From Candidatus Zixiibacteriota bacterium (lineage in GTDB: Bacteria; Zixibacteria; MSB-5A5; WJJR01; JAJRUJ01): 64,000 nt of DNA. Under the pieces are notes generated by a model that was given only the letters and a program-made list of their open reading frames with translations, was not told where the DNA came from and ran no database searches. The position numbers and the translations under genes were made by a program. How positions within the stretch are numbered: the stretch's first letter is position 1; each line of letters starts with the position of its first letter. Where the stretch lies: positions 4,817 through 68,816 of the forward strand of contig JAJRUJ010000011.1 in NCBI GenBank assembly GCA_024277855.1, read 5' to 3'. This document shows positions 8,657-17,386 of the stretch, one piece after another.

Positions 8657-10369
8657 ATGCGCACGTTGGGGAAATACACAATCTTGCTTCTGGGTCTGCT
8701 ACTGTGGATGTCGACGACAGCCCAGGCGATGCCGCCGTGTCTTCAGTTACAGCAATCGGAAGAACCATTGGCCCGGCAGACGCTGCAGACTATCCAGTCG
8801 TTACGGGCCAGAGGGGCGGCCACCGGGTTGGATCAACCCGACCCCCTGCTTGCCGGGACTGCGGTAACCGGCTCGCGCAAGCTGCTGGTCATCCTGGTTA
8901 AGTTCAGTGACCATCCGTCGTCTGTGGCGGGCACGTATTTCGACAGTCTGATGTTCAGCCAGACGGGACAATCGGTATGGGATTATTATGATGAGGCGTC
9001 TTACGGCACCTTGTCGATTGACCCAGGGGACTTGCCGTCGGTGATCGGCTGGCAGACCGCACCACAGACATATGCTTACTATACCAATGGCCAGGGTGGC
9101 ACCGGCCCTTATCCGCAGAATTCGCAAAAACTCTGCGAAGACCTGATCGCCCAGATCGACGCTACGGTTGACTTTAGCAATTACGACGGAAACAATGACG
9201 GCATCGTTGACGGCATCGTCATTATTCATTCGGGCTCCGGCGCCGAACGGACCGGTAATTTGAATGACATCTGGTCGCATAAATGGAGTATCTGGCCCTC
9301 CCAGGTTCGGGACGGGAAGACGATCAGTTCATATACGATTCAGCCGGAGTACTGGGACTCGCCGGGGGACATGACCATTGGCGTCTACTGTCATGAATTA
9401 GGCCATTTGATCCTGGGATTGCCCGATCTTTATGATTACGACGACGGGGTCGGTGCGTCACGCGGACTCGGCTTGTGGTCGTTGATGGCCTCCGGTTCGT
9501 GGGGCGGGCCGTCGTTCGACGGCGATTATCCTTCACTCCTGGATGCCTGGTCACGGGTCGCCGCCGGCTGGGTTACCCCGACAGTGATATCCGCCGCCGG
9601 GAATGATGTCAGCATTCCCGCAGTGCAGAGTTCACCGACGATTTTTAAACTTTGGACTGACGGCGGGCCAATCGGCGATGAATACTATCTGGTGGAAAAC
9701 CGTCAGCGGGTCGGCTATGACACGTATCTTCCCGGCGACGGCTTGCTGATTTATCATGTCGATGATGCGGTAAGCACCGGAAATGACAAAGAGTGGTATC
9801 CGGGCCACACTTCGACAGGGCATTACCTCGTGGCGGCCGAGCAGGCCGACGGCAACTGGGACCTGGAAAAAAACGTCGCCTTTAACTATGGGGACTCCGG
9901 CGATCCGTACCCGGGATCGAGTAACAGCCGGCTGTTTACCGCCGCGTCCACGCCGTCATCGGATGACTATGCCGGTGACCCGACTTATGTTGTCGTGTCC
10001 GACATTTCCAACTCGGCGGCCACCATGACCGCGGATTTTAATGTGACTTTGGGGTCGGGGGTCTTTGAGGAATACGATGCCGCCGCGCCCACGGCGTTTT
10101 CTCTGGGGCAAAACTATCCGAATCCATTTAACCCTGCGACACGATTTGAGTATGCCCTGCCGCAAGACGGCCGGGTCATAGTCGAGGTACGCAATATCCT
10201 TGGGCAGTCGGTTCGCACACTCTACACCGGGTATCGCGCCGCCGGGGTCTATACCGCTTTCTGGGAAGGGACTGATGACGACGGCCGACCGGTTGCGGCG
10301 GGCGTCTATTTCTATCGCGTCAGCGCAGATTCCGGCTCAAAAACAGGCAAAATGATATTGTTGAAATAA
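8657..10369 (+). CDS. Secreted M6-family (immune inhibitor A-like) zinc metalloprotease with T9SS-type/FlgD-Ig C-terminal domain
   Basis: Signal peptide, LVILVKFSD, IWSHKW, HELGH-x3-GLPDLYD, WSLMASGSW, EYYLVENRQ. C-terminal LGQNYPNPFNPAT...GVYFYR...KMILLK. Confidence 0.92.
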   Translation: MRTLGKYTILLLGLLLWMSTTAQAMPPCLQLQQSEEPLARQTLQTIQSLRARGAATGLDQPDPLLAGTAVTGSRKLLVILVKFSDHPSSVAGTYFDSLMFSQTGQSVWDYYDEASYGTLSIDPGDLPSVIGWQTAPQTYAYYTNGQGGTGPYPQNSQKLCEDLIAQIDATVDFSNYDGNNDGIVDGIVIIHSGSGAERTGNLNDIWSHKWSIWPSQVRDGKTISSYTIQPEYWDSPGDMTIGVYCHELGHLILGLPDLYDYDDGVGASRGLGLWSLMASGSWGGPSFDGDYPSLLDAWSRVAAGWVTPTVISAAGNDVSIPAVQSSPTIFKLWTDGGPIGDEYYLVENRQRVGYDTYLPGDGLLIYHVDDAVSTGNDKEWYPGHTSTGHYLVAAEQADGNWDLEKNVAFNYGDSGDPYPGSSNSRLFTAASTPSSDDYAGDPTYVVVSDISNSAATMTADFNVTLGSGVFEEYDAAAPTAFSLGQNYPNPFNPATRFEYALPQDGRVIVEVRNILGQSVRTLYTGYRAAGVYTAFWEGTDDDGRPVAAGVYFYRVSADSGSKTGKMILLK

Positions 10370-10406
10370 CAAGAGAGAGGAACCGTCCGGAAAAAGGAGG
10401 AGCAAC

Positions 10407-11165
10407 ATGCGGACGAAACTGTTGTTGTCTTTGGTAGTGTTGGTGGCGGCTGTCGGTTTGATCGGCTGCGGTTCGGAGTCGGTGACCAATGTCTCGCCTA
10501 CCAACAACGCTGGCCTGAAACTGGTCGTCAATTCCAGCAGTAACCTTACCGTGCTGGATGAGTCGGCCCGGCTCGCACCCTGGAATGAGGGGCAACCCGA
10601 CTCGCTGACTATCACCAGCGGGACGTTCCTGGTTCGGTCAATTCGTTTTCTGAATGTGAATGACTACACCGTTGACACCGATATTTCGGCGTCCGACGAA
10701 GCACGCGACCAAAGCGATCAGTTGGTCCCATTCCAGGGACCGTATGTTTTGCAGACCAATGGGAGCGTCGAGGATCTCGGCGACCAGACTGTCAATGTCG
10801 GCGATTATAATGCATTGTCGCTGATTCTGCACCAGGGCAAGTCGACCGATGATTTGGGCACAAACACCAACATGGTCGGCAATAGTGTGGTAGTGACAGG
10901 GTACGTTTGGTACGGCAACAACGCCGAGCAATTCAGTTTTACGCTCGACCTGAAGACCGAAATCCTGGTCCGGGGTGATTTCGCGGTTCCGTCGACCGGG
11001 AATCCCGAATTTGTGCTTGAATTCGACGTGAATAAATGGTTCCGCTACGGTGATACCTGGCTGAACCCGAACGACCCGGAAAACTTGCCGCAGATTTACG
11101 GCAATATCCAGAAGTACATTCAGGGCGGCCGTGACTACAACGGGAACGGCAGCATCGGAGACTGA
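10407..11165 (+). CDS. Lipoprotein, DUF4382-like beta-sandwich
   Basis: RBS AGGAGGAG, lipobox LIG-C, GDYNAL...VLEFDVNKWF...LNPND pattern. Confidence 0.7.
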   Translation: MRTKLLLSLVVLVAAVGLIGCGSESVTNVSPTNNAGLKLVVNSSSNLTVLDESARLAPWNEGQPDSLTITSGTFLVRSIRFLNVNDYTVDTDISASDEARDQSDQLVPFQGPYVLQTNGSVEDLGDQTVNVGDYNALSLILHQGKSTDDLGTNTNMVGNSVVVTGYVWYGNNAEQFSFTLDLKTEILVRGDFAVPSTGNPEFVLEFDVNKWFRYGDTWLNPNDPENLPQIYGNIQKYIQGGRDYNGNGSIGD

Positions 11166-11198
11166 CCGAAGCTCCGACAGTATCAGCCGCCTGAAATC

Positions 11199-11257
11199 AA
11201 GGGCCCCCGCCATTGCGCAAGCCCCCGTGCCGGACATCGGACGGGGGCCCTTTTTTT
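11199..11257 (+). terminator. Intrinsic terminator ending the four-gene operon
   Basis: GCCCCCGT...ACGGGGGC stem followed by CC and T7. An upstream AAGGGCCCCCG can pair alternatively with the same 3' arm. Confidence 0.75.
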
Positions 11258-11415
11258 GGGCGGATTACGTCAATCCAGGGGCGTACCGGACAGAGGATAT
11301 CGTTGGCCGGCCGGCCGATTTTCTGTGCCCGTGATGCGTCCATACCCTTGGCTGGACGGGAGTATCAAGTTGCGGTGGCCTGGAGGGGGATGGATTTCTC
11401 TGAGATGTCGTCGGT

Positions 11416-12138
11416 TCAAAACCCCCGTGGGGTAAATACGAGAGCCAACCTGCGTGAACTTGCGGCCAGCCCGCGAATCGTCGCGTCAATCCGGGCCGGG
11501 TTACCGGTGGCGATCGCCGGGCCGAGGGCGTCAACCGCACGGACAACCATATTCCGTTCATAATCAAACGCATTTTGCACGACCCGGTAATCGCCGCCGA
11601 TTTTAGTGTTGAGGAGCCGTTCGGTCGCGTGCCGCAGTGCGGCCAAATCGGCAGGAGACGGCGGCCTGCCATGCGGTGATTTATCGTTATCAATCAATGG
11701 TTCCACCACGGCGGCAAATTCGGTAACTGCGGGTGGGGGACCGGCAAGGGTAATCGATAGATAGGCGAAAGCGGTATCGACCATATGCAGCCGTCGCCGA
11801 ACCAAATCGTGTTTCTCGGTGGTCATGATATCCAGGAAGCGACCCGATGAATTGATGAAATACTCTCGCGCTTTCTTATAGATACGCTCCCGGCCGGGAT
11901 AGTCTACGGTCGGTTTTGCCCGTCCGACACTGGCGCTTGCGGCCTTGAATCGTTCTTTCCGTGAGGAAATGTAATCATAGTCCCCGTGGGGCAGGGCCAA
12001 ATGCAGCATGTTGTTCATAATCGCCCGGAATTCTTCAAACTCAGCCGGCCGGGGAGGACGATGTTCGGCGCGCAGGCCTCCCGCGAGAAAAATGCCGGAA
12101 ATAATGCCCAGGCAAACGATGAGCAGTCGCTTATTCAT
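11416..12138 (-). CDS. Exported all-helical hypothetical protein with an internal duplication
   Basis: Signal peptide MNKRLLIVCLGIISGIFLAGGLRA and two similar helical halves (PRPAEFEEFRAIM / PPPAVTEFAAVV). Confidence 0.65.
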   Translation of the reverse strand: MNKRLLIVCLGIISGIFLAGGLRAEHRPPRPAEFEEFRAIMNNMLHLALPHGDYDYISSRKERFKAASASVGRAKPTVDYPGRERIYKKAREYFINSSGRFLDIMTTEKHDLVRRRLHMVDTAFAYLSITLAGPPPAVTEFAAVVEPLIDNDKSPHGRPPSPADLAALRHATERLLNTKIGGDYRVVQNAFDYERNMVVRAVDALGPAIATGNPARIDATIRGLAASSRRLALVFTPRGF

Positions 12139-12335
12139 AGTGCCGACCCCAATGGTGAAACGATCAAGGCACACCCTGTCCCGAAAGGTATCCGGGCGCG
12201 GGCCTCTATCATTGTATGTCGGACTATGAAGAGTCAGAATTTACCCGATGCAGGGACGCGGACGATTCTCCGGGCAATCGGCTATTAAATACAAATAATC
12301 AAGATAGATAGAATCGGAGTATTTGGTCGACCGGT

Positions 12336-13376
12336 TTACTGACCGATCCGCAGGAAGTTGCGCAGAGCCAGGCCGGCGATACTGGGATTGGCGTTCATCC
12401 GCCGTCGACAGTAGGCCGCCCAGTTTTTGCCATAGGGGACATAGAGTTTGACTCTGATCCCCCGGGAAACGAGATCGTCCTGAAAGCGATTAAGCGGAAC
12501 ACCCAACAACATCTGTACCTCGTAATCGTCGGTCGTCTTGCCCATTTTCTCCGCCAGGGCCAGCGCGCGATTGACGATATTGCGGTCGTGGGTGGCGATT
12601 GCCACATACGAACCCGCCGCCCACATTTTCTCAAACAAAAGGAGCAGTTTTTCTTTCATCGTGGGCTTGTCGGTGAAGGCGATATTGGCCGGTTCGCGAT
12701 AAATCCCAATAACGCCGCGCACATTTGGCCGCAGATGGGCGAGTTTATCATAGTCGTCAGGCGTGCGGAAGAGCATCGACTGCAGGACGATACCGGTCCG
12801 AGGAAAATCGCCGATAAACTTCTTATAGATGGCAAGGGTGGCGTCAATCGTCGTATGATCTTCCATGTCATAGCGAACGAATTGGTCATACTTGGCCGCT
12901 CGTTCGAGGATTTGTCGGGTCAGTTGTTCGCACAGGTTGCGATCGAATATTTGTCCGAGCGCCGAGAGTTTGATGGACACGGTGATGTGGTCCGACCGGC
13001 CGATGTCATCAATGAGTTGAAGATATTCCTCCAGAGGTTCCTGAGTTTCCTCGACATGGTAAACCGATTCACCCAGCACGTCGATTGTCGAGTGAATGCC
13101 GCGTTCATCGTAAAGTCGTTTGGCGACGGCCAACGCATCTTTGCGTTTTGGACCGGCGATATACGGCGCGGTGAAAAAACGCAGGGTGAAAGTGGGGATT
13201 GCCTGAATCGCCCGCCAGCGGATCCGGCTTAACCATGAAAATTCGGGAGGAGGAGGCGCCTCACCCCACCCGTCGGAGGGGGCAGGGCCGGCCGTTTCGA
13301 CGATGGGTTTACGTGGCTCGGTTTTCATTGAGTCTGTGATGTTTGGCTGTTTGTCGGTTTCCACCCGGCCGCTCAT
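12336..13376 (-). CDS. Monofunctional proline dehydrogenase family protein
   Basis: PYIAG, DVLGE, SIKLSALG, DMED, GIVLQS, IATHD, EVQMLLGV, YVPYG and Y-x-x-RR motifs. Start uncertain. Confidence 0.85.
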   Translation of the reverse strand: MSGRVETDKQPNITDSMKTEPRKPIVETAGPAPSDGWGEAPPPPEFSWLSRIRWRAIQAIPTFTLRFFTAPYIAGPKRKDALAVAKRLYDERGIHSTIDVLGESVYHVEETQEPLEEYLQLIDDIGRSDHITVSIKLSALGQIFDRNLCEQLTRQILERAAKYDQFVRYDMEDHTTIDATLAIYKKFIGDFPRTGIVLQSMLFRTPDDYDKLAHLRPNVRGVIGIYREPANIAFTDKPTMKEKLLLLFEKMWAAGSYVAIATHDRNIVNRALALAEKMGKTTDDYEVQMLLGVPLNRFQDDLVSRGIRVKLYVPYGKNWAAYCRRRMNANPSIAGLALRNFLRIGQ

Positions 13377-13537
13377 TAAGCGCCACCCTTGTTCACCGTT
13401 GAATCCTGGGGCCAATATACAACGAAGGCGCAACAGAAAAGAAGATCGGACTGATTCAAATTGTCAGAATTCGAACCCGGGCGAAAAAAGACAAAAAGCC
13501 GGGATAACCCCGCCCGACTTTTGGCTGTCGTGGTCTC

Positions 13538-13738
13538 TCAATCTATGAGGGAGACGGTGAGCGTATTTTTGTTTTTGGACAATTCGATTTTGCCCTCTCT
13601 CGCCAGCCAGCCCACGGCCATCGTCGTGGTCGTGTCGTTGCCGCCGATTTCCTTTTTCAACCGGCTCATACTCATTTTACCGCCCACTCGCAATGCCTGG
13701 TGGACCTTTCCGGCAGTCATTCCAACTGTAGTCAACAT
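13538..13738 (-). CDS. DUF2582-family winged-helix protein
   Basis: VG-x-TAGKV...MAVGWLAREGKI signature. RBS GGAGG before the ATG at 13738. Confidence 0.85.
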   Translation of the reverse strand: MLTTVGMTAGKVHQALRVGGKMSMSRLKKEIGGNDTTTTMAVGWLAREGKIELSKNKNTLTVSLID

Positions 13739-13850
13739 TTTTCCCTCCAAATTTATTACACCCTGCCTTCAGCGCAATGTTCCCCGCCGTTCACTTTTGG
13801 TGTGTTCTCAAGCGGTCTTGTCATGGCGTTGCCGCCATTCCCTTAAATCC

Positions 13851-14858
13851 TCAATTCGACATCCCGATGACCGTTTCTTTCACCAGGGCGAGTTTCTCCA
13901 GCGGGACATTCACCGGTACCGCACAGCCGGGGCCGACGGCAAAGGGTAAATCGCGATGAGACTCGACAAGACGGCGGGTTTTGTCGGCGAGCGCGTCGTT
14001 CGGCAAATCCAGCAGGTCTTTATAGCGGTCAAGACCGCCCATGACTGGTTTCAGCAGGGTTGACCAACCTTCACGCAGTGCCGGATTGGTCGGGTCACTT
14101 GCATCCCAATTGACCACGTCAACAGGGTAGTCGGCAAAATGCGCCAGAAAGTTGTTTGAGGCACAAACATGCAGGAGGGTAAACGTCGCGTCTCCCGCCG
14201 TGGCGTTCAAGACCCGCAGATCATACGGTTTGCCGAATGTTTCATATTGTTCCGGGGTCAGCCGGTCGTGCGAGGCCCACTCGGTAGTGGCAAAAAATAG
14301 CCCGTCTACTCCGGCATTTAAAAACTCAACAGCAAGATCGGCAAAAGTGGCCGTCAGGTTTTCCAAAGCTGCGGCAACCTCTTTTGGGGATTCGGCAATG
14401 AGCTTGACCAGCGTTTCATCGTCGGGGACAAGATCCCCAAGCACCGACAGAGGTGAGAACATGGTCATCACTATCGGCAACGGACGCGGCAGCGCCTTTC
14501 TGATTGCCTGGGCAGCGCTTAACTGTGCGGCGAACTCGGGATGTGAAACAGGCAGCCGGCCGATCTTGTCCAGATCGGCGGCCTGGTGTACCGGCCAGGA
14601 TTCCTTGACCGGTTTGGTCAGTGCGTCGTCAGAGGTCCGCACTTTGACCCCCCACGGTTCTATGTGATAGCTCGCCTTGGAGTTAATCTTCACTAAGTCC
14701 CAATTAAAGCGTTTCTGAAATCCAATCATCGCCTCGGCAAACGTGTCCGGAGAATTCTCCTGATCGAAAAAATGCCGCCAGAAAGACATCGGCGGGCGAT
14801 CGGGGTTTGTACCGGAAAATAGTGTTTGCCAGCGGTCATAGGCATCCATTGCCGTCAT
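13851..14858 (-). CDS. Uroporphyrinogen decarboxylase-like (URO-D/MtaA superfamily) protein
   Basis: DRPPMSFWRHF, TMFSPLS, AGVDGLFFAT, LLHVC, GPGCAVP. Lacks the HemE MRQAGR motif. Confidence 0.8.
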   Translation of the reverse strand: MTAMDAYDRWQTLFSGTNPDRPPMSFWRHFFDQENSPDTFAEAMIGFQKRFNWDLVKINSKASYHIEPWGVKVRTSDDALTKPVKESWPVHQAADLDKIGRLPVSHPEFAAQLSAAQAIRKALPRPLPIVMTMFSPLSVLGDLVPDDETLVKLIAESPKEVAAALENLTATFADLAVEFLNAGVDGLFFATTEWASHDRLTPEQYETFGKPYDLRVLNATAGDATFTLLHVCASNNFLAHFADYPVDVVNWDASDPTNPALREGWSTLLKPVMGGLDRYKDLLDLPNDALADKTRRLVESHRDLPFAVGPGCAVPVNVPLEKLALVKETVIGMSN

Positions 14859-15530
14859 TAATATACCATCCTAAATATGCGATCCTGCTTGTGATTGCCT
14901 TCAATACTCACTACAGCTCCTTTGAGTGTTACGGTTAATACGAAGCTCTTACCGGCCCGGTTTGTCAACCCCAATTCAGGGCAGACCGGTTCAGTGTTCA
15001 TTGCTCAGTTACAAACCGGAGATTGAGTCGGCGCATAAAGCAAGGGTTTACATTGCAATGAGCTGCATTGAAGTTGCCTCAGAATGCAGGACTGAATTCA
15101 GTTTTTAATCCTTGATTTGTTGGAAGGATAGGGAATACCAGCAAGAAAACGGGGAAATGGGATGCCTGGCGGGAGATTCGTCCAATTATTTGACATTGCC
15201 CGGGACGGTGTGCCGGTGGAATAGCCCGGGAGAAGATCAGAAACTGGGTGCCTATCCAAAAAACCATCGTCGCGGATTATTTTAAGTCCTAAGAAGTTAT
15301 CGCTACAGCGCCCGAGAATTCCGGCCATTATCTCGCGTTGTTGCTTTGAGTCGATGGTCAACTGGAGTAAGACGACGGTGATTACCTCGGTCTCACGTCG
15401 CTGACTGTCGAAAAAGTGAACAAGTATTCTGGTCTTACAGATAAAATGTCAATTAGTCGGCCGACATATTATCATGTTATTCATTGTTGGACAATGACTT
15501 GCTGTGATTCGTAAAGACTTTTATTTAAGT

Positions 15531-15546
15531 TGGTATGCTCTTTGCT
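15531..15546 (+). promoter_or_regulatory. sigma54 (-24/-12) promoter of the PEP-CTERM genes
   Basis: TGGTATGCTCTTTGCT with GG-N10-GC spacing, about 40 nt before the ATG at 15586. A TGT-N11-ACA palindrome lies at 15406-15422. Confidence 0.75.
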
Positions 15547-15585
15547 TTATTTTTGGCCAGAGGAAAGCACACTTGGAGGTTACAA

Positions 15586-16383
15586 ATGAAGCGCATTGCA
15601 TCCACAATTTTTGCCCTGGTTCTACTTTTTGCAGCAACGTCCGCCTACGGTTACACCTTCAATTATTACCCCGGATTCGGGACGTCGGTGTTTGATGGAA
15701 ACAACAACACCAGCCCGATTAATTATCCTGGTGTCGGGTATCTGCCTTCTCCGGGGAACCTTGGTGAAGGCGGTGAGGCGTTTGACGAGGAAGGTATGTT
15801 CCTCGCCAATGCCGACGGAAAGCTGTATGGAGCGCTGTCTAACTCATTCGGCGATAAGGCTTGGTCTGCGGGGTACAACGATTATTACGCCACCGGACAT
15901 TTGTTCTTTGGGTTTAACGGCGCCTACGATCAGTTTGCGCTCGACCTGGAATCCGGCAAACTCTACCAGGTTGCGGCTTGGGATTATATCACCAATAAGC
16001 CGGGTACATACTATCCCAACACTTCTGTTCGAGACCAGGTTGGTGCATATCGCATGAGCCAGGGTGTTGAGATTGGTACGCTCAGTGACTTCATGATGAC
16101 CAAACTGGATAATTATGAGGGCATTGTTGAAGGTGATCCGCCGCTCGCCGGTTCGAATGCGCGCGACGTGTATGTTTATGAGTGGAGTATTGATCTGGCG
16201 ATGCTCTCACCCTATGTCGATGGTGATTTGCAATCGGCGACATTTCACCACACGCTCGAATGCGGTAATGACCTGATTGAAAAAGACATTGCAATGGTTC
16301 CCGAGCCCGGTACAATGGCGCTGTTGGGAATCGGCCTGATCGGGGCCGGAGTTGTGCGCCGCCGTCGCCGCAACGTGAAGTGA
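15586..16383 (+). CDS. PEP-CTERM sorting-domain surface protein
   Basis: RBS GGAGG then MKRIAST signal peptide, TLECGND motif, and C-terminal VPEPGTMALLGIGLIGAGVVRRRRR. Confidence 0.92.
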   Translation: MKRIASTIFALVLLFAATSAYGYTFNYYPGFGTSVFDGNNNTSPINYPGVGYLPSPGNLGEGGEAFDEEGMFLANADGKLYGALSNSFGDKAWSAGYNDYYATGHLFFGFNGAYDQFALDLESGKLYQVAAWDYITNKPGTYYPNTSVRDQVGAYRMSQGVEIGTLSDFMMTKLDNYEGIVEGDPPLAGSNARDVYVYEWSIDLAMLSPYVDGDLQSATFHHTLECGNDLIEKDIAMVPEPGTMALLGIGLIGAGVVRRRRRNVK

Positions 16384-16429
16384 TCCAGAAGTCAAAAGGA
16401 TACAATATATAACCTTTTCCGGAGCGGGC

Positions 16430-17035
16430 ATGAAGAAGGTGTTTTTAACTGCGGTACTGGTCAGTTTCTTACTATTGACCGCTGGAGCTTCAGCGTCTCC
16501 TATTAATATCGTCGAGAGCTTCAAGTCGGACTTCTTTTTCCTGGGAGATTTCCATACCTACCAGTATTCTTCGCATGTTGATTTTTATCGTAATGTCGAG
16601 GATAGCTGGTGGGGTGGGGTTTTCATCGGCACACGTGATAGGTTCCCCTCGGAATTACGCTGGGGCCACACATTACCTCTCGGGCTGACCGTTCCTCCCG
16701 ATCAAATCGATCGTGCGAAATTGTGGATCGATGGATGGAAAATCGACGAGAACGATAATGAGGTCGCAATCGAAGGTACCTTCGATTGGGATCCACTAAA
16801 TAAACGGTTCCTTGACAATACGACCTACAATCTGACAAATGTAGATCTTGCCGGTTTCTGGAACAACAGTCCGTTGGATGTCTGTGTGACGGCCGGTGAA
16901 CCTAAGTTGCGGTTGGATAAGGCGATCCTGATGATGGATTATACTCCCAGTCCGGTACCGGAGCCCGCGACAATGGTATTATTGGGAGTTGGCCTCCTTG
17001 GCGCCGGTGTTGTCCGTCGGCGTACGAAAAAGTAA
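16430..17035 (+). CDS. PEP-CTERM sorting-domain surface protein
   Basis: Signal peptide ending ASA, C-terminal PVPEPATMVLLGVGLLGAGVVRRRTKK. Confidence 0.92.
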   Translation: MKKVFLTAVLVSFLLLTAGASASPINIVESFKSDFFFLGDFHTYQYSSHVDFYRNVEDSWWGGVFIGTRDRFPSELRWGHTLPLGLTVPPDQIDRAKLWIDGWKIDENDNEVAIEGTFDWDPLNKRFLDNTTYNLTNVDLAGFWNNSPLDVCVTAGEPKLRLDKAILMMDYTPSPVPEPATMVLLGVGLLGAGVVRRRTKK

Positions 17036-17058
17036 AAAAGCACTGCCAGAGATAGACG

Positions 17059-17092
17059 AAACGCCGGGTGATTCGCTCCCCGGCGTTTTTTT
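17059..17092 (+). terminator. Intrinsic terminator
   Basis: AAACGCCGGG...CCCGGCGTTTTTTT. Confidence 0.8.
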
Positions 17093-17297
17093 GTGGCGGA
17101 TTTTTGGTGCTGTAAGGGGATTACCTCACAAGACCTCTTTCCCATTCTCGGAGGATTTCCCTTACCGCCGTGCTATGTTGGCTGTGAGGATCTACTTTGT
17201 CCCAAATGGGTTACCGCGAGTGGGCAGGCCAGAATCGGTTGCGTGTCAAATCTGATTGGATTCCCGGCTGTTTGCGACTCCGAATACTCAGAGTTGG

Positions 17298-17326
17298 TTG
17301 ACTTCTCGGATTTAGTGGAGTATCTT
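17298..17326 (+). promoter_or_regulatory. Candidate sigma70 promoter of the acyl-CoA operon
   Basis: TTGACT-N17-TATCTT, 60 nt upstream of the HMGS ATG. Confidence 0.55.
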
Positions 17327-17386
17327 GTAAAGTTTTGGTAGAGAGAGGATAATACAACGTTATGGGGATAGGAAAGTGAGGACTTA

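Noticed and set aside
14859-15585. Small ORFs or a riboswitch in the long intergenic region
   Set aside because: The ORFs lack RBS and motifs and no riboswitch consensus was recognised. The region is better explained as a sigma54 enhancer region plus a divergent promoter.
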